Assembly (NCBI GenBank): GCA_964187785.1
Contig: OZ076419.1
Coordinates: forward strand, 7,254,001 to 7,318,000
Length of the DNA: 64,000 bases
Direction of reading: 5' to 3'
From: Amphiscolops sp. MND2022
Lineage: Eukaryota
Numbering within the stretch: the stretch's first letter is position 1; each line of letters starts with the position of its first letter. Below, piece by piece: positions 61,158 through 64,000 of this stretch. A program made the position numbers and the translations under genes. The notes beneath the pieces were generated by a model. That model was not told the DNA's origin. It was given only the letters and a program-made list of their open reading frames with translations, and searched no databases.

Positions 61158-61985
61158 TAAAAACGAAATCCATCATCACAATAATTGGAAAAAGACAAAA
61201 ACATGAAACTTATAAATCAAATAAACCGTTTCTCCATACAATTTATTAGATCACAATGCAAGGTAAACGCGAAACAATTTGACAGTATAGAGTTTATATT
61301 AGCGTGTGTTCGATCTGGTTTTGACAGAAGCCATTATCTTGAGCTCTGAACAATACATAAATATGGATCACAGTGATATGAAAGTTAGATTTCTAGAGAA
61401 TACAGTTTGATAGCATAAGTAGAAAACTAAAAACCGACGAGAAAATTGAAGATGTTGAACGAATTTCAAAATCAGATTCGAAAAACAATTTTAAAATAAT
61501 AATTGAAGTGCGTTTCTTTACAAAGAAAAGCAGAATTTTCAATCAATGGAGGCCGGGTATTTCTCTTACCGAAGACAAACTTTATATAAGGCAATAAAAA
61601 AGTTAGTTAGCAAGTTAAAACAGCGAGATGATATAATTGAACAATATGTAGCACTTTAGTTTTTAGAGTACAGATATAGTATAAGAACAAACAATAAGAT
61701 ACGGCAGGGGTATGGTTATTGAATGACTTACTATCCTTCATTATTTTTATCTGTAGATATAATATCGGGACAAGTTACAACAGCACTATTGTTTCAAGGG
61801 GGTTTTGCAAATGACAAGTTTCAATTGTTTTTGTTGAGTAGAAACTTGCTTGTTTTGTTATCTTTTAAGGTTTTGTTTTCAGTTTTGGCTTGTTATATCT
61901 GGTCCTTCCTTTGTGGAATTGTGTCCTCACAATTTGATTGATTGGTCCATTCAAGAATTGAACAGCATGTACAACTGAGGGTATT

Positions 61986-63155
61986 CTATGCGGCCTTGCT
62001 TTGCTGGGCGGCCATCAGATGTACTTGGCAGGCATTCGGTGCATAACAGGCAGCGGGAGAGTACTTGGCGGGTATTCGGGGCATAACACGCTGCAGGAGA
62101 GAAGATCCTGAAGGCATGTGAGACTACAGTGGTCGTAAACTAGGCGAAGAGGAGGATGCATATGAACCCGCTTTATGTTTGTGATTAGAGGTACAAGTCG
62201 CGCCGCATCGTGGTCCAAGGGGCCAGTGAGGGTATATTTGTCGGCGTGTATGAGTCGGAGTTTTGCATTCGCCTGCAAGGACAGGAATGTAGAATCAGCA
62301 TCGGATTTACAACACAGGAAGTGATAGAGAGTGTCATCGGTTGTAGTTTCAGCTTCGAAGTCGGTCGGCAGCGACGTTAAATGTCTGAGGAGTTGAATAG
62401 CGGCGTCGGGTGATGTATTCTTGCGTTTGAGCTGTGACTTGAGGTCGTTGATTTCCTCAATTCGTTGGATGGATTCTTACAGCAACTTACTATGCGTGAC
62501 TCGAAGCTCTTCGAGAGTAGCCTTCCAGCGTTTGGATTCTGACTGGGCTTTTGCTAGGGAGTTTCGTATTCTAATGGCTTCCTGGCTGGCTTGTTCAAAC
62601 AGATCAAAGTATTTCATGGCTTCCTCTCAAGCTTCGCAAAAGGCAGTATTTAAGTGGTCAACGGATGAGAAATTAGTCAATATAGAGCACGAGTCATCGA
62701 GAGCTTTATCGATCGTTAGTTCGCATTGAATCGCGCTGTCATCAGTGCCGGGGTGTTCTTTGGGGGGTTCAGGGTCGGGGAAAAGGCAGTTGTTGGTGGG
62801 AAGAGCTACGATACATGTGGAGTCTGAGGTTAGCGGGGGCACTTTGCCAATTTGATGCCACGAACGACGGAAGGGGCTGTTGGTGTTGATGCGCTGTGAG
62901 CGCACACCCTGTTGGTGGGGAAGGATCTTTGTGACCCGGTATTGCACATCTTCCACGAGATAGACGTTGTCACTAACACAAAGGTGGACTCGTCCAGAGC
63001 AAGTTTCCACCGGAAAAGGCGTGTTCTCCGGAACTCCGGCATTGAAGAACTGGAAGGAAGCTCTCAACGGAAAAAGTGATTACTAATTTTTATTAGAACC
63101 CTATTGTACTGAGCAGAGTAACAAACGGAAACGTGCCACTGAAACGTACGTGCAT
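61986..63155 (-). pseudogene. Spliced coiled-coil gene, copy 3 (more diverged first exon)
   Basis: Homologous to copies 1 and 2. Intron GTTTGT...TTGAG. Confidence 0.6.
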
Positions 63156-63699
63156 GAGTCATAGGGACGTTGGCGACTGTTTTAAGTTTGTTTGTTGAGT
63201 GATGAAGAATAATTTTTCTTGCGGTTTTCGAAAGGTTCAACAAGTTTTTCTCATGGATATTGTCAAGAGTTAAATAATCAGAAGCTTCGAGGGTAAAATC
63301 ATAACATGAATTGTAGAATTGTAGTTAACAAGGGATGTTTTGAACAAGTTAAAACAGGGGGGTTATATAATTGAACACGATACAGCACTTCTTTTTACCG
63401 TACAAATATAGTGAGAACGAACAAGTTATGGCAGGCTTATGTTTATTGAATGAGTTACTATGCTTTTATCAGTATAGATATAATGTGGTGCCAAGCAACT
63501 AGACGTGGACAGCTGATAAGAGATTCAAGAAGGCAGGAAAAGGTTTAAAAAATGAAGTTACTTTGTGATTGAAGGAGCTAAAAGTAAATTGAATGGACCA
63601 AAACAAATTTCTCTTCAACTTGGCAGTCAGTGACAAAAACAGCAGATGAACAAAATCAAAAGCAAAAAGTTCTCATGCAGGTTGCAAGAGACTCAGTTG

Positions 63700-64000
63700 C
63701 TCATTTATTTCGAAGGAATAGGAAAACCTTATTGATGAATGTCTTCAGTTGTGGTAATCCATATCTGTTTAGGTGTACACCATCCGATCGTAACACATTT
63801 TCGCACGACATGTTAGATGCCACACCGACATGTATGTATCGGTAGGTTTTTCAGACAAAAGATTATTGAATTGGCACATGAAATTAAACGATGAATTTTT
63901 TCTGGGAATACCCATGACAAATACTCGAAATACCGAGTTCATGCATGTATTTCGCAATTGATTCTATGTGAACTTTAACTTCGCTGGGGCACATCTGTTG
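63700..64000 (-). pseudogene. SGNH hydrolase, copy 3, C-terminal part (5' end beyond the window)
   Basis: YMHELGISSICHGYSQ...RSDGVHLNRY. Confidence 0.75.

Larger units (their letters stand above)
53200..64000 (-). repeat. Gene-bearing tandem array, ~3.08-kb unit, about 3.5 degenerate copies with one internal rearrangement; continues past the window end
   Basis: Offsets 58077 to 61157 (3080) and 58914 to 61986 (3072). An extra ~1.9-kb segment (55795-57700) duplicates LINE-tail and array pieces. Confidence 0.92.

Overview
This is repeat-dense eukaryotic (animal-like) DNA with GT-AG introns, made almost entirely of nested and mostly degraded mobile elements. In order: (1) 5' half of a BEL/Pao LTR retrotransposon (- strand, 1-3.6 kb). 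(2) A Polinton/Maverick fragment (-, ~4.9-11.9 kb) with integrase C-terminus, protein-primed PolB, an HNH nuclease and a U-box gene. (3) The 3' half of a Ty3/Gypsy element (+, 11.9-18.7 kb) carrying a chuvirus-G/gB-like class III envelope gene and two paralogous coiled-coil + DnaJ J-domain genes. (4) A CR1-type LINE (-). (5) A second LINE (+) split by a 15.9-kb Gypsy element (28367-44297; 1.52-kb LTRs; GTCAC target-site duplication). This Gypsy carries a multi-intron antisense Zn-finger/hAT-like gene and a sense ORF running into the 3' LTR. (6) A 4.33-kb tandem duplication (22015-30683) and nested MITEs. (7) One host gene, a four-exon BART-domain (CFAP36/ARL2BP-like) gene at 47.6-51.2 kb. (8) A ~3.08-kb tandem array whose unit holds a stand-alone SGNH hydrolase gene and a spliced coiled-coil gene (53-64 kb). 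All family calls come from motifs recognised by eye and manual translation; no database search was run.
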